A stretch of DNA of 62,145 nt from an uncultured Bacilli bacterium (GCA_947632205.1 CANROK010000002.1:1-62145); one strand, 5' to 3'; counted from the stretch's first letter, positions 28,572 to 37,936 are shown. Numbers and translations are program-made. Notes: generated from the letters alone by a model not told the origin.

Positions 28572-29277
28572 AGATGAATTTATTAAAGAAATTACGAAAT
28601 TAAATATTGTTTATACTAGCGATATGTTAGATAAATTAGAAATATATAAAGAATACTTAAAAGAATATAATGAATATACTAATTTAACAAGAATTACCAA
28701 TGATGAGGATATTTATTTAAAACATTTTTATGATTCTTTAACGATAATTAAAGCAATTGATTTAAATAATATTAATAATTTACTTGATATTGGCAGTGGG
28801 GCTGGTTTCCCAGGAATGGTTATAAAAATATTTTATCCAAATATTTCTGTAACTTTACTAGATTCTAATAATAAGAAAACTAAATTTTTAGAAAGTTTAT
28901 CAGAAAAATTAAATTTAAATGTAACAGTAGTTAATAAAAGAGTTGAAGATTATGCTAAAGATAATTTAAATAAATTTGATTTAGTAACAGGAAGAGCTGT
29001 AGCTAGTTTAAGAATACTTAACGAACTAGCAATACCTCTTGTTAAAAAAGATGGTTATTTTTTACCATTAAAGGCAAATATTGATAATGAATATGCAGAT
29101 GCTTTAGATACAATTAGTGTCCTTCATAGTGTAGTAGAAAAAATAATAACATTTGATTTATATAAAAATGAAGGATTAAGAAATATAATTATTATAAGAA
29201 AATTAGAAAATAGTGGGCTAGATAATTTAAGAACATATGATAAAATTTTAAAAAAGCCACTTGTAAAAAAGAATTAA
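28564..29277 (+). CDS. rsmG: 16S rRNA (guanine527-N7)-methyltransferase RsmG (GidB)
   Basis: SAM motif LDIGSGAGFPG, 237 aa. Confidence 0.93.
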   Translation: MTKDEFIKEITKLNIVYTSDMLDKLEIYKEYLKEYNEYTNLTRITNDEDIYLKHFYDSLTIIKAIDLNNINNLLDIGSGAGFPGMVIKIFYPNISVTLLDSNNKKTKFLESLSEKLNLNVTVVNKRVEDYAKDNLNKFDLVTGRAVASLRILNELAIPLVKKDGYFLPLKANIDNEYADALDTISVLHSVVEKIITFDLYKNEGLRNIIIIRKLENSGLDNLRTYDKILKKPLVKKN

Positions 29278-29313
29278 ATGGGATAGAATTAAAAGTAGAG
29301 GTAAAGGTGGCTG

Positions 29314-30309
29314 ATGAGTGTGAAAACAGAATCACAAGTTTTAAATATACCTATTGAAGATATTATACCTAATCGTTTTCAACCACGATTAAATTTTGAC
29401 GACTCATCTTTAAATGAATTAGCAAGCTCGATCAAAGAACATGGCATTATTCAACCTCTTGTTGTAAGAAAGCTTGGTGAAAAATTTGAAATAATCGCTG
29501 GCGAAAGAAGATATAAAGCTGCTAAGTTAGCAGGACTTACCTCAGTTCCAGCCGTTGTTACCGAAATGTCTGATGAAAAAAGTGCCCAAGCAGCAATAGT
29601 TGAAAATGTTCAAAGAAAAGATTTATCCGCTATTGAAGAAGCTAAATCTTATGAAAGTTTATTAGAAAAAGGGTATTTAACTCAAGAAGACCTTGCTAAA
29701 AAAATGGGGCTAAGTCAATCGGCTATTTCAAATAAATTAAGATTATTATCATTATCTAATGAAGTTCAAAAGGCCTTAATGGAAAACAAAATATCTGAAA
29801 GACATGCTAGAAGTTTATTACAGATAAAAGATCAAGATGAACAAAATACATGGTTAAAAAAAATATTAGATGAAAGGATGACAGTCAAAGAACTTGATAA
29901 TAGACTGAAAGAGAGTATGAATAATAATATTAATAGTAATGATGTTCCTTTAGTTAATTTAAATGAAGAAAAGAAAATAAATGATAAAAAAGATATATTT
30001 AGTGATTTAAATATTGAAGAAAAACCAATTCCTAATAAATTCTTTAATTTCTTAGAAGATGAAGAAGCTAATATGAGTACTAATGATAAAATTAATGAAA
30101 CTTTTACTTTACCTATTAATGAAGCAAATGATGATGTTGAAATGTTAGATTTTGTCCCTGAAAGTGCTAAAATTACTAAAGATATGAGTATTGCTAATAG
30201 TTTAATAGAAAAGCTAAAAGAAGATTTGAATCTTAACAATTATGAAATTAATGTTTTAACTGATGAATCAGATAATGAAATTAAATATATTATAACTATA
30301 AAAAAATAA
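29314..30309 (+). CDS. noc: ParB/Noc-family protein with a Noc-like DNA-recognition helix and a long acidic/Asn-rich C-terminal extension
   Basis: It has the ParB box GERRYKAAKLAG and IIPNRFQPR. The HTH region GLSQSAISNKLRLL...ISERHARSLL resembles B. subtilis Noc (GQSTIANKLRLL...ITERHARAL) more than Spo0J (SRPHIANHLRLL...SMGHGRTLL), comparing from memory. Its position after rsmG equals that of noc. No soj/spo0J follows. Confidence 0.7.
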   Translation: MSVKTESQVLNIPIEDIIPNRFQPRLNFDDSSLNELASSIKEHGIIQPLVVRKLGEKFEIIAGERRYKAAKLAGLTSVPAVVTEMSDEKSAQAAIVENVQRKDLSAIEEAKSYESLLEKGYLTQEDLAKKMGLSQSAISNKLRLLSLSNEVQKALMENKISERHARSLLQIKDQDEQNTWLKKILDERMTVKELDNRLKESMNNNINSNDVPLVNLNEEKKINDKKDIFSDLNIEEKPIPNKFFNFLEDEEANMSTNDKINETFTLPINEANDDVEMLDFVPESAKITKDMSIANSLIEKLKEDLNLNNYEINVLTDESDNEIKYIITIKK

Positions 30310-30464
30310 TGTTGATAATTAAATAGTTATTAACATTTTTTCATATTATTAATTGGAAATAAAAAAATAAAAAAATGTACTTGCAGTATTTAAATTATAT
30401 GATATAATACTTAAGAACGAAAGTTACTATACTATTATAAAGTAGTATGGCGAAAGGAGATATT

Positions 30465-30677
30465 ATGAGAGCAAATATTCATCCAGAAGTTAAAGATGCA
30501 GTTGTTAAATGTGCATGTGGTGCAACATTTAAAACTAAATCTGTAAAAGATGAGATTCATGTTGAAGTTTGTAGTGAATGTCATCCATTCTATACTGGTA
30601 CCCAAGGAAAAGCTAAGAAAACTGGAAATATTGAAAAATTCAATAAGAAATATGGTTTTGATAAAGAACAAGCATAG
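30465..30677 (+). CDS. rpmE: 50S ribosomal protein L31 (zinc-binding type)
   Basis: MRANIHPE start behind AAAGGAG. Contains CxC...CSEC cysteines and HPFYTG. Confidence 0.92.
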   Translation: MRANIHPEVKDAVVKCACGATFKTKSVKDEIHVEVCSECHPFYTGTQGKAKKTGNIEKFNKKYGFDKEQA

Positions 30678-30741
30678 GTCTTGTTTTTTTTATATATAAT
30701 TTAATCTAATTTATGATAGAATATAACTAGGAAGTGTTAAT

Positions 30742-32325
30742 ATGAAAAAGAATTTATTAGTTGGGTTTATTACCTTATTATTTATTTTAGTTTTTTATTA
30801 TCTGGTTTTACCACCACTTAATATAACTAGCCCATTGTTTTGGTTTTATATTTTTACCGTTTCTATCTTTTATTATGTAATATCGTTGTTTTTAAAAAAT
30901 ATGTTTGAAAGAAATAGAATATTTAAATTTGATAAAATACATACTATTTTACCTGTAATTTTAGGAGTAATATTAATAGTTATTGTTATTACTAATATTG
31001 TATGTTCACCAATATTTAATGCTAAAAAGTATAGCGAAAGAATAAAAGTATCTGAAAATCATGAATTTGTTACAGATGTAGCTCCCGTTGATTTTACAAA
31101 GACACCACTTATTGATAAAGATAGTAGTGAAAAACTTGGTGATCGGAAGATGGGTGAATTTACAACTTGGGTTAGTCAATTTTATGTTAGTGATTTATAT
31201 ACACAAATTAATTATAATAATGAAATTATTAGAGTAACTCCTTTAGAATATGCGGGGATAATTAAATATTTTGCTAATAGAGATGAAGGAGTAAAAGGAT
31301 ATATTAAAGTAAATTCAGTTGATGGTTCATCTAGTTTAGTAACGCTTCAAAAAGGTATGAAATATTTACCTAGTGCTTATTTTTTTGAAAATTTATATCG
31401 TAAATTAAGAATTAGTTATCCAACAACTATTTTTGATGAAGAAACTTTTGAAATTGATAATGAAGGTAATCCTTACTGGATAGTACCTACCATTAAATAT
31501 ACTGGTGTAGGTTTAAAAAAAGAAATAACGGGTGCAGTTATTCTAGATCCCATAACTGGTGAAAGTAAAAAATATAAGAAAGAAGATATACCAACATGGG
31601 TAGATCATTTGTATAGTGCTGATTTAATTATTGAACAAATTGATAACTGGGGTGAATATCGTAATGGTTTCTTTAACTCTATGTTTGGTCAAAAAGATGT
31701 AATTAATACGACCGATGGTTATAATTATTTAGTTATGGATGATGATGTTTATTTATATACAGGTATAACATCTGTATCTAGTGATGAATCTAATTTGGGC
31801 TTTGTCTTAGTTAATTTAAGAACAAAAGAAACTAATTATTATTTATGTCCAGGTGCTGAAGAATATAGTGCTATGGCTTCTGCTGAGGGACTTGTTCAAG
31901 AAAAAGAATATGAAGCATCATTCCCATTATTAATTAATTTAAATAATAAACCAACATATTTATTAAGTTTAAAAGATAATGCTGGTTTAGTAAAAATGTA
32001 TGCTTTTATTGATGTCGCTGACTATCAAAAAGTAGTAGTAAGTGATGCCTCATTAGGTATAGAAGCTGCTAAAGAAAAATATTTAAGTGAAAATAATTCA
32101 GTTGATGAAAGTAATTTAAAAACTAAAGAAATAACAATTAAAAAAATTACAAATGCAGTTATTGATAGTAATACAATGTATTATATAACTGATACTGATA
32201 ATAATTTATATTATGTAGATATTAAAGTAAATAAATACTTATTACCATTCTTAAGTATAAATGATAAAATAAATATTAGTTATAGTGAAGGAGAAATATC
32301 ACAAATTAGAAGTATAACTAAATAA
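30742..32325 (+). CDS. hypothetical membrane protein (three N-terminal TM helices plus a large extracytoplasmic domain)
   Basis: 527-aa ORF with a hydrophobic N-terminus. No motif recognised. Confidence 0.6.
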   Translation: MKKNLLVGFITLLFILVFYYLVLPPLNITSPLFWFYIFTVSIFYYVISLFLKNMFERNRIFKFDKIHTILPVILGVILIVIVITNIVCSPIFNAKKYSERIKVSENHEFVTDVAPVDFTKTPLIDKDSSEKLGDRKMGEFTTWVSQFYVSDLYTQINYNNEIIRVTPLEYAGIIKYFANRDEGVKGYIKVNSVDGSSSLVTLQKGMKYLPSAYFFENLYRKLRISYPTTIFDEETFEIDNEGNPYWIVPTIKYTGVGLKKEITGAVILDPITGESKKYKKEDIPTWVDHLYSADLIIEQIDNWGEYRNGFFNSMFGQKDVINTTDGYNYLVMDDDVYLYTGITSVSSDESNLGFVLVNLRTKETNYYLCPGAEEYSAMASAEGLVQEKEYEASFPLLINLNNKPTYLLSLKDNAGLVKMYAFIDVADYQKVVVSDASLGIEAAKEKYLSENNSVDESNLKTKEITIKKITNAVIDSNTMYYITDTDNNLYYVDIKVNKYLLPFLSINDKINISYSEGEISQIRSITK

Positions 32326-32377
32326 TAAATTTGGAAACACTTGTTATTAAAAATTAAAGAAAGGTTTTAATGATAAA

Positions 32378-33437
32378 ATGATTGATGATATAAAGAATGA
32401 TATACTAGTTATTGGGAGGTCTCTTTGACATTTCAAAATTAGAAAGTAGAATTAAAGAATTAGAAAATAAAATTAATATGGAAAATTTTTGGAACGATTA
32501 TGAAGAAGCGAGTAGAGTAAATAGTGAGTATAGTAATTTAAAAAAGAAAGTTAATAATTATCATAGTTTATTAGAAGAAGTAAATACTTTAGAATTATTA
32601 CAAGATGAACTAAATGAAGATGAATTTAATAAAGAACTAGAAAGTATTAAAAATAAAGTAAGTGCTTTAGAAAAAGAAACTCATTTAAATGGCGAATATG
32701 ATAATTTAAATTGTTATTTAGAAATACATCCTGGAGCAGGTGGTACAGAATCTTGTGATTGGGCATCAATGCTTTTAAGAATGTATGAAAGATTTTGTGA
32801 AAAATATAATTACAATTATGAATTAATTTATGAAAGTGCTGGTGAAGAAGCTGGAATTAAGTCAGCAACTATTCTAATTAAGGGTGAAAATGCTTATGGC
32901 TACTTAAAAAGAGAAAATGGTGTTCATCGTTTAGTAAGAATTAGTCCATTTGATGCTGGAAGAAGACGTCATACATCTTTTGCATCAGTTACAGTTACTC
33001 CTGAATTTAATGATACTCCAAATATTGAAATTAAAGAAGAAGATTTAAAAATAGATGTTTATCATTCAAGTGGAGCTGGTGGTCAATCAGTAAATACGTC
33101 TAATTCAGCGGTAAGAATTACCCATTTACCAAGTAAAATAGTAGTATCTTGCCAAGTAGAAAGAAGTCAACTTAAGAATAAAGAAATGGCTTTAAAAATG
33201 TTAAAAAATAAATTATATGAAATATATTTAAAAGAACAAGATGAAAAAAAGAATGCATTAAAAGAAAATCAAAAGAATATTGATTTTGGTAGTCAAATAA
33301 GAAGTTATATATTAGAGCCATATAAACTAGTTAAAGATAATCGTAGTAATTATGAAAATAATGATCCAGATAAAATATTAGATGGTGATATTTATAATAT
33401 GTTAGATTATAATTTAAAAAATATAAAATGGAGTTAA
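32378..33437 (+). CDS. prfB: peptide chain release factor 2, expressed via a programmed +1 frameshift at 32423-32429
   Basis: Frame 0 reads MIDDIKNDILVIGRSL then TGA. The slippery site CTT TGA C follows the SD-like GGGAGG. The +1 frame continues DISKLESRIKELE... and carries SPF (RISPFDAG) and GGQ (SGAGGQSVN). Confidence 0.93.
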
Positions 33438-33471
33438 TGCTTCATTTTTGTAATAATAAAGGAGAATAATA

Positions 33472-34404
33472 ATGCCAAGTATTAAAGACCCATTAAATGA
33501 CGAACTAAATATTAATAGTTTTGAGTTAGAATTTGATGATAAAGAGAATGGAATAATTGCTCTAACAACAGAGAATGTTCAAAAAGTAGAAACAATGCTA
33601 AGATATAATCCTGATTATCCTCAATTTATTGACTTAAAAAATTTAAATAAAGAAACTAAATTTGAAGGTTATTTAGACGAAAAATATAAAGAGGAATTAG
33701 GAAAACATTTAAAAGATAATAATACAAAAGTTGAAGATTTAATAGAAATATATAAAAAATATAATGATATAAAAAATATAAAGTATGAGTATTCATCAGT
33801 TTATTATATAAAAGCTTTAAAAAAATATAAAACACATGAAGATAATAAATATATGTATCCATATTTAATACTTTTAATCTTAAGAAAAATAAATAGTGAA
33901 AATAGTACTCGGGTTTCATTAAATGACATAGGTAAAATAGCATGTAAAATTGTGGATAAATATAGTGATTATGATAAATTAGCTGATGCTTTAAAAGAAC
34001 CAAGTAAAAATTCTGAAGAATGTAATTATGAGTTAATTAAAATTTTTTGTGAAGGATTACAAAAAAGATATTTATCTTTAGCAACAAAATTTTGTCATTA
34101 TGTAAGTTTTGTCCTTTTCTATGATACGGATGATAAAGATGATTGTGATGCCAAATACGCCGATTTATATTCTATTTATGATGAAGTTGTTAATAGTAGC
34201 TTAAAAAAATATACTGATAAATATAATATTGAATTTGAAAAAAAGGAATTAACAAATTTAAAAGATTGGGATGAAATTCTTGATTATTATCGTAAATATC
34301 AGGAAGTAATTAAAAAAGTTATAGAAAGTTATGGAAAAGGTTCAAAAATAATTAGTAGGAATGGTTTTGATCATTTAATTTGGTATAGTAATAAAAAAGG
34401 TTAA
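33472..34404 (+). CDS. hypothetical protein (310 aa) on a direct-repeat-flanked cassette
   Basis: Has its own AAAGGAG RBS. It is flanked by 25-bp direct repeats at 33425-33449 and 34403-34427. No confident motif. Confidence 0.6.
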   Translation: MPSIKDPLNDELNINSFELEFDDKENGIIALTTENVQKVETMLRYNPDYPQFIDLKNLNKETKFEGYLDEKYKEELGKHLKDNNTKVEDLIEIYKKYNDIKNIKYEYSSVYYIKALKKYKTHEDNKYMYPYLILLILRKINSENSTRVSLNDIGKIACKIVDKYSDYDKLADALKEPSKNSEECNYELIKIFCEGLQKRYLSLATKFCHYVSFVLFYDTDDKDDCDAKYADLYSIYDEVVNSSLKKYTDKYNIEFEKKELTNLKDWDEILDYYRKYQEVIKKVIESYGKGSKIISRNGFDHLIWYSNKKG

Positions 34405-34471
34405 AATGGAGTTAATACTTCATTTTTTTAAATTGTTATGTTATTATATAGCATTGTGAGGAAGAATTATA

Positions 34472-35830
34472 ATGAATGATGTTTTTAATTTAGTTGGACT
34501 TGCATATATAATGGAAAGAAAAACAGCAATTATTGATGATAAAAAATTTGTCTATTATGAACCAATTGATGCTGTTTTTGGCGCAGATATTGTGTTTAAT
34601 GTCAGTGATGAACGATTTTTGATTTTATCTGGAAAGTATTTAGGTCAAACATTTAAAAAAGGAATTAGAGATAATTACAATCTAGTGGTAAGAAGATTTC
34701 GAACAATAGCAAATCTTCTTGCAGCAAATAATAATGTTTTGGATTTGAATGTATTCAGGAGTTGGTATACATGTAACTTAAATTCATTTTATACTTACAA
34801 TTCTAAATATGATGAATTTTATAAAATAGAAGATAAAGATATAATAAATAAAATTAAAAATAATCAAAATAAAGAATATGATTCATCTTTATTAAATTCT
34901 AATTCTAATATTGGTAATATCTATGAAAATATTAGAAAAACAATTATTTCTCAAGATAATCAAATTATGCAAATATTAACCTCTCTTTTTAAAAATAGAC
35001 AAGCAATTAGTTTGAATTTAGAAGAAAGAGTAGTAAATAAATTAAAAGAAAATTTAATTATATATGGTCCAACAGGTACAGGTAAAACAGAAATAATTAA
35101 TCAAATAGCGAAATATTATAATGTACCAATGGTTATTGAGAACGCCCCAGATTTTACAGAAACTGGTTATATTGGAAGAGATATAACTTCGATGTTTAAT
35201 GATTTATATTTAGCAGCAGATAAAGATTTAGAGAAAGCACAAAAAGGTATATTAGTTATTGATGAATTTGATAAATTAGCCGAGGGAAAGAATTCATATC
35301 ATGATCATGTTTCTAGAATTGGTGTTCAAAGATCTCTTTTAAAAGTTTTAGATGGTCATACTTTCTATACAGATGGATTAAAATTTAATACATCACAATT
35401 AACAATTATCTTACTTGGAGCATTTGATAATATCAAAAAAGATAATGAATATGATAAATTAACTACTAAAGATTTTGTAGATTATGGTATTATGCGAGAA
35501 CTTATGGGAAGAGTTTCTAAATATGTAGCAATGAATGCTTTAAGTATAGATGATTTAAAAAAGATATTTTTAGAATCTGATTTAAGTCCTTATAAAACTT
35601 ATAAAGCTTTATTTGATTCAATGAATATAGAAATTACTTATGATGATGGATTTACAGATTATATTGCTAGAAAAGCTTATGAACTTAATAGTGGAGCAAG
35701 AGGTTTAAAAACGGTGTTTGATAATGAAATAGGTGGAGCATTATTTAGAATATTTGCTGGTGATTATAGTAGTATTCATTTAACTATGCCCGAAAGTAAT
35801 GGATTAGCATATAAGTTAATTAAAAAATAG
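34472..35830 (+). CDS. ClpX-like AAA+ ATPase with a novel ~190-aa N-domain (no zinc finger, no IGF loop)
   Basis: Walker A GPTGTGKTE, pore loop GYIG, Walker B LVIDEFDKL, GVQRSLLKVLDG, sensor-1 LLGAF, Arg-finger region LMGRV and sensor-2 GARGLK. These are colinear with the ClpX AAA+ module. Confidence 0.75.
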   Translation: MNDVFNLVGLAYIMERKTAIIDDKKFVYYEPIDAVFGADIVFNVSDERFLILSGKYLGQTFKKGIRDNYNLVVRRFRTIANLLAANNNVLDLNVFRSWYTCNLNSFYTYNSKYDEFYKIEDKDIINKIKNNQNKEYDSSLLNSNSNIGNIYENIRKTIISQDNQIMQILTSLFKNRQAISLNLEERVVNKLKENLIIYGPTGTGKTEIINQIAKYYNVPMVIENAPDFTETGYIGRDITSMFNDLYLAADKDLEKAQKGILVIDEFDKLAEGKNSYHDHVSRIGVQRSLLKVLDGHTFYTDGLKFNTSQLTIILLGAFDNIKKDNEYDKLTTKDFVDYGIMRELMGRVSKYVAMNALSIDDLKKIFLESDLSPYKTYKALFDSMNIEITYDDGFTDYIARKAYELNSGARGLKTVFDNEIGGALFRIFAGDYSSIHLTMPESNGLAYKLIKK

Positions 35831-35842
35831 AAAGGATAAGGT

Positions 35843-36160
35843 ATGCAACAAGATAAACTAATAATAGTTAATTTAATGGCTAATGATTTTTTCCATTATT
35901 ATGATATTCATCGTGAAGATTTTCCAAAAAGTATGTATGGATATTCTTTATATTTATATTTAGCTAAAAAATTAAATATACCATATGATATAATTAACTA
36001 TAATGATATAAATAATCAAATATTTTTAGAAAAAATAAAGAATATTGATGAAAGTATGATGTCTAATATACTTAAAGAAAGAATAATTGATTTAGAAAAA
36101 ATTATGCAAGATGGTCTTCAAGATATCATTAGTAAGCCAAGAGTTTTAGAGAAAAAATAA
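35843..36160 (+). CDS. hypothetical small protein (105 aa) coupled to the ClpX-like gene
   Basis: Starts 12 nt after the ATPase stop, behind a GAAAGGA RBS. Confidence 0.5.
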   Translation: MQQDKLIIVNLMANDFFHYYDIHREDFPKSMYGYSLYLYLAKKLNIPYDIINYNDINNQIFLEKIKNIDESMMSNILKERIIDLEKIMQDGLQDIISKPRVLEKK

Positions 36161-36406
36161 ACATCTTTTTTATATAATAAGAAAGTCATACAACAAAAAT
36201 ATCGAATAAAATAAGCAAACAAATGGCGAAGAAGAAAGAACAAGCAAGCAAAAAGGCAAGATATATATTATCTTACCGAAAATTTTTCTTCTTTTCTTCG
36301 ATGAAATGATTGATATCTTATTTAAGGATGTTCATGATACCATTTATTCTATTTTAAATGAATCTTATAAATTTTCTAAAAAAGCAAAAAAGCTTATAAA
36401 AAAATG

Positions 36407-36435
36407 TTGAATTGCAAACAAATGTATGTTATAAT
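36407..36435 (+). promoter_or_regulatory. strong sigma-A-type promoter with no ORF behind it
   Basis: TTGAAT, a 17-nt spacer, then TGT-TATAAT (extended -10). It lies about 310 nt upstream of pgk. Confidence 0.6.
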
Positions 36436-36745
36436 TTAAATGCAAAGGGGTTATGAATTATGTTAATTAATCGAGCTTATAAATTTAGAATGGAAATAGA
36501 GAGATTTAAATGCAAGTATAAACATAATGCATGAAGGAATAATACAAAATTATATTTAAAAAAATAAAGAAGTACGGTAGCGACTATCGGAAATATGGCC
36601 TATGGAGGAGTAAAATCCAATGAAGTAGGAAATAAAGGCCGTGAGGCATTTAGAAGGAAAACAAAATAATTTTAATTATTGAGTTTTACTTTTTGTTCTA
36701 AAACAATTATATTATAATTACTATAAGAAGAAAGTAGGTAATATT

Positions 36746-37894
36746 ATGAAATATTTAAGTAAAGAAGATATTACAAACAAAAAAGTATTATTAAGATGTG
36801 ATTTTAATGTTCCAGTAAAAGATAATAAAATAACTGATTCAAGTAAGATTGATAAAAGTTTAGATACGATTAAATATTTACTCGATAATAAAAATACAGT
36901 TATTATTTTAAGTCACTTTGGTCGTGTTAAAAGTGAAGAAGATAAAGCAAAGAATAGTTTAAGAATAGTATATGAATATTTAAAAAATTATTTAGATTTA
37001 GATTTTATTATTGATCCCACTAATTTAGATCAAGTTAATAATTTCGAAAAAAAATGTTTTTTAGTAGAAAATACTAGATTTACTGATGTACCTGTAAAAA
37101 GAGAAAGTAAAAATGATTTAGAACTAGCTAAATACTGGAGTAATTATGCTGATGTATTTGTCATAGATGCTTTTGCATCTTTGCATCGTGTTCATTCATC
37201 TACGGCAGGTATTAGTAAATACCTACCTACTTATTTGGGTTTTTTAGTAGAAAAAGAATTAGTTAATTTAGAACCACTTGTTAATAATAAAGAACATCCT
37301 TTTTTAGTTATCATGGGTGGTGCTAAAGTAGATGATAAATTAAATATTATTGAGGGCTTACTTAAAAAATGTGATAAATTAATTTTAACAGGTGGTTTAT
37401 TAAATACTTTTTTAAAAGTAATGGGATATAATGTTGGTAAAAGTTTAGTTAGCACAGACGCGGAAGTATTAAATAATGTTAAAAGATTAATTAATAATTA
37501 TACTGATAAAATATATTATAGTACTAAATTTATTGTTAATAGAGATGATACAGTGATTGCTCTTGAAATAGATGATATTGAAGATGATGATATAATATAT
37601 GATAATTTAATTGAATTATCATTTGTTATGGATGATATAAAAGTAGTGTTCTTAAATGGTACAAGTGGTAAATACGAGATAGATGATTATAGTAGAGGTA
37701 CCGAAAAGTTATTATACGATTTAAAAAAGAGTAATGCTAAAGTTTATGTTGGTGGTGGTGATAGTGTATCATCTGTCATAAATCTTGGCTTTAAAGATAG
37801 CTTTACTTATTTATCAAGTGGTGGTGGTGCTACTTTAGAATATGTTTGTGATGGTAAATTAGATGGTTTAGAATATATTAAAGAAAATGCCTAA
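36746..37894 (+). CDS. pgk: phosphoglycerate kinase
   Basis: KKVLLRCDFNVP, SHFGR and C-terminal GGGDS...SGGGATLEY motifs. Confidence 0.93.
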   Translation: MKYLSKEDITNKKVLLRCDFNVPVKDNKITDSSKIDKSLDTIKYLLDNKNTVIILSHFGRVKSEEDKAKNSLRIVYEYLKNYLDLDFIIDPTNLDQVNNFEKKCFLVENTRFTDVPVKRESKNDLELAKYWSNYADVFVIDAFASLHRVHSSTAGISKYLPTYLGFLVEKELVNLEPLVNNKEHPFLVIMGGAKVDDKLNIIEGLLKKCDKLILTGGLLNTFLKVMGYNVGKSLVSTDAEVLNNVKRLINNYTDKIYYSTKFIVNRDDTVIALEIDDIEDDDIIYDNLIELSFVMDDIKVVFLNGTSGKYEIDDYSRGTEKLLYDLKKSNAKVYVGGGDSVSSVINLGFKDSFTYLSSGGGATLEYVCDGKLDGLEYIKENA

Positions 37895-37936
37895 AATATG
37901 CTAAAATAAGCATATTTTTTGTTGTATATAACATTA

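Noticed and set aside
30309-30342. DnaA-box-like TTATTAACA after the noc-like gene, considered as an extra origin element
   Set aside because: It forms the descending arm of a hairpin (TGTTGATAA...TTATTAACA) followed by a T-run. A transcription terminator for the noc-like gene explains it more simply.
32412-32428. TTG start (MGGLFD...) for prfB as given by the ORF track
   Set aside because: The upstream frame-0 mini-ORF ending in GGGAGG TCT CTT TGA C is the canonical RF2 frameshift signal. The real start is the ATG at 32378.
36224-36407. Small ORFs in the pgk upstream spacer (28 codons at 36224, 33 codons at 36306)
   Set aside because: Neither has a Shine-Dalgarno sequence, and the first coincides with a long inverted repeat. 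They are kept only as part of the structured-RNA or leader observation, not as genes.
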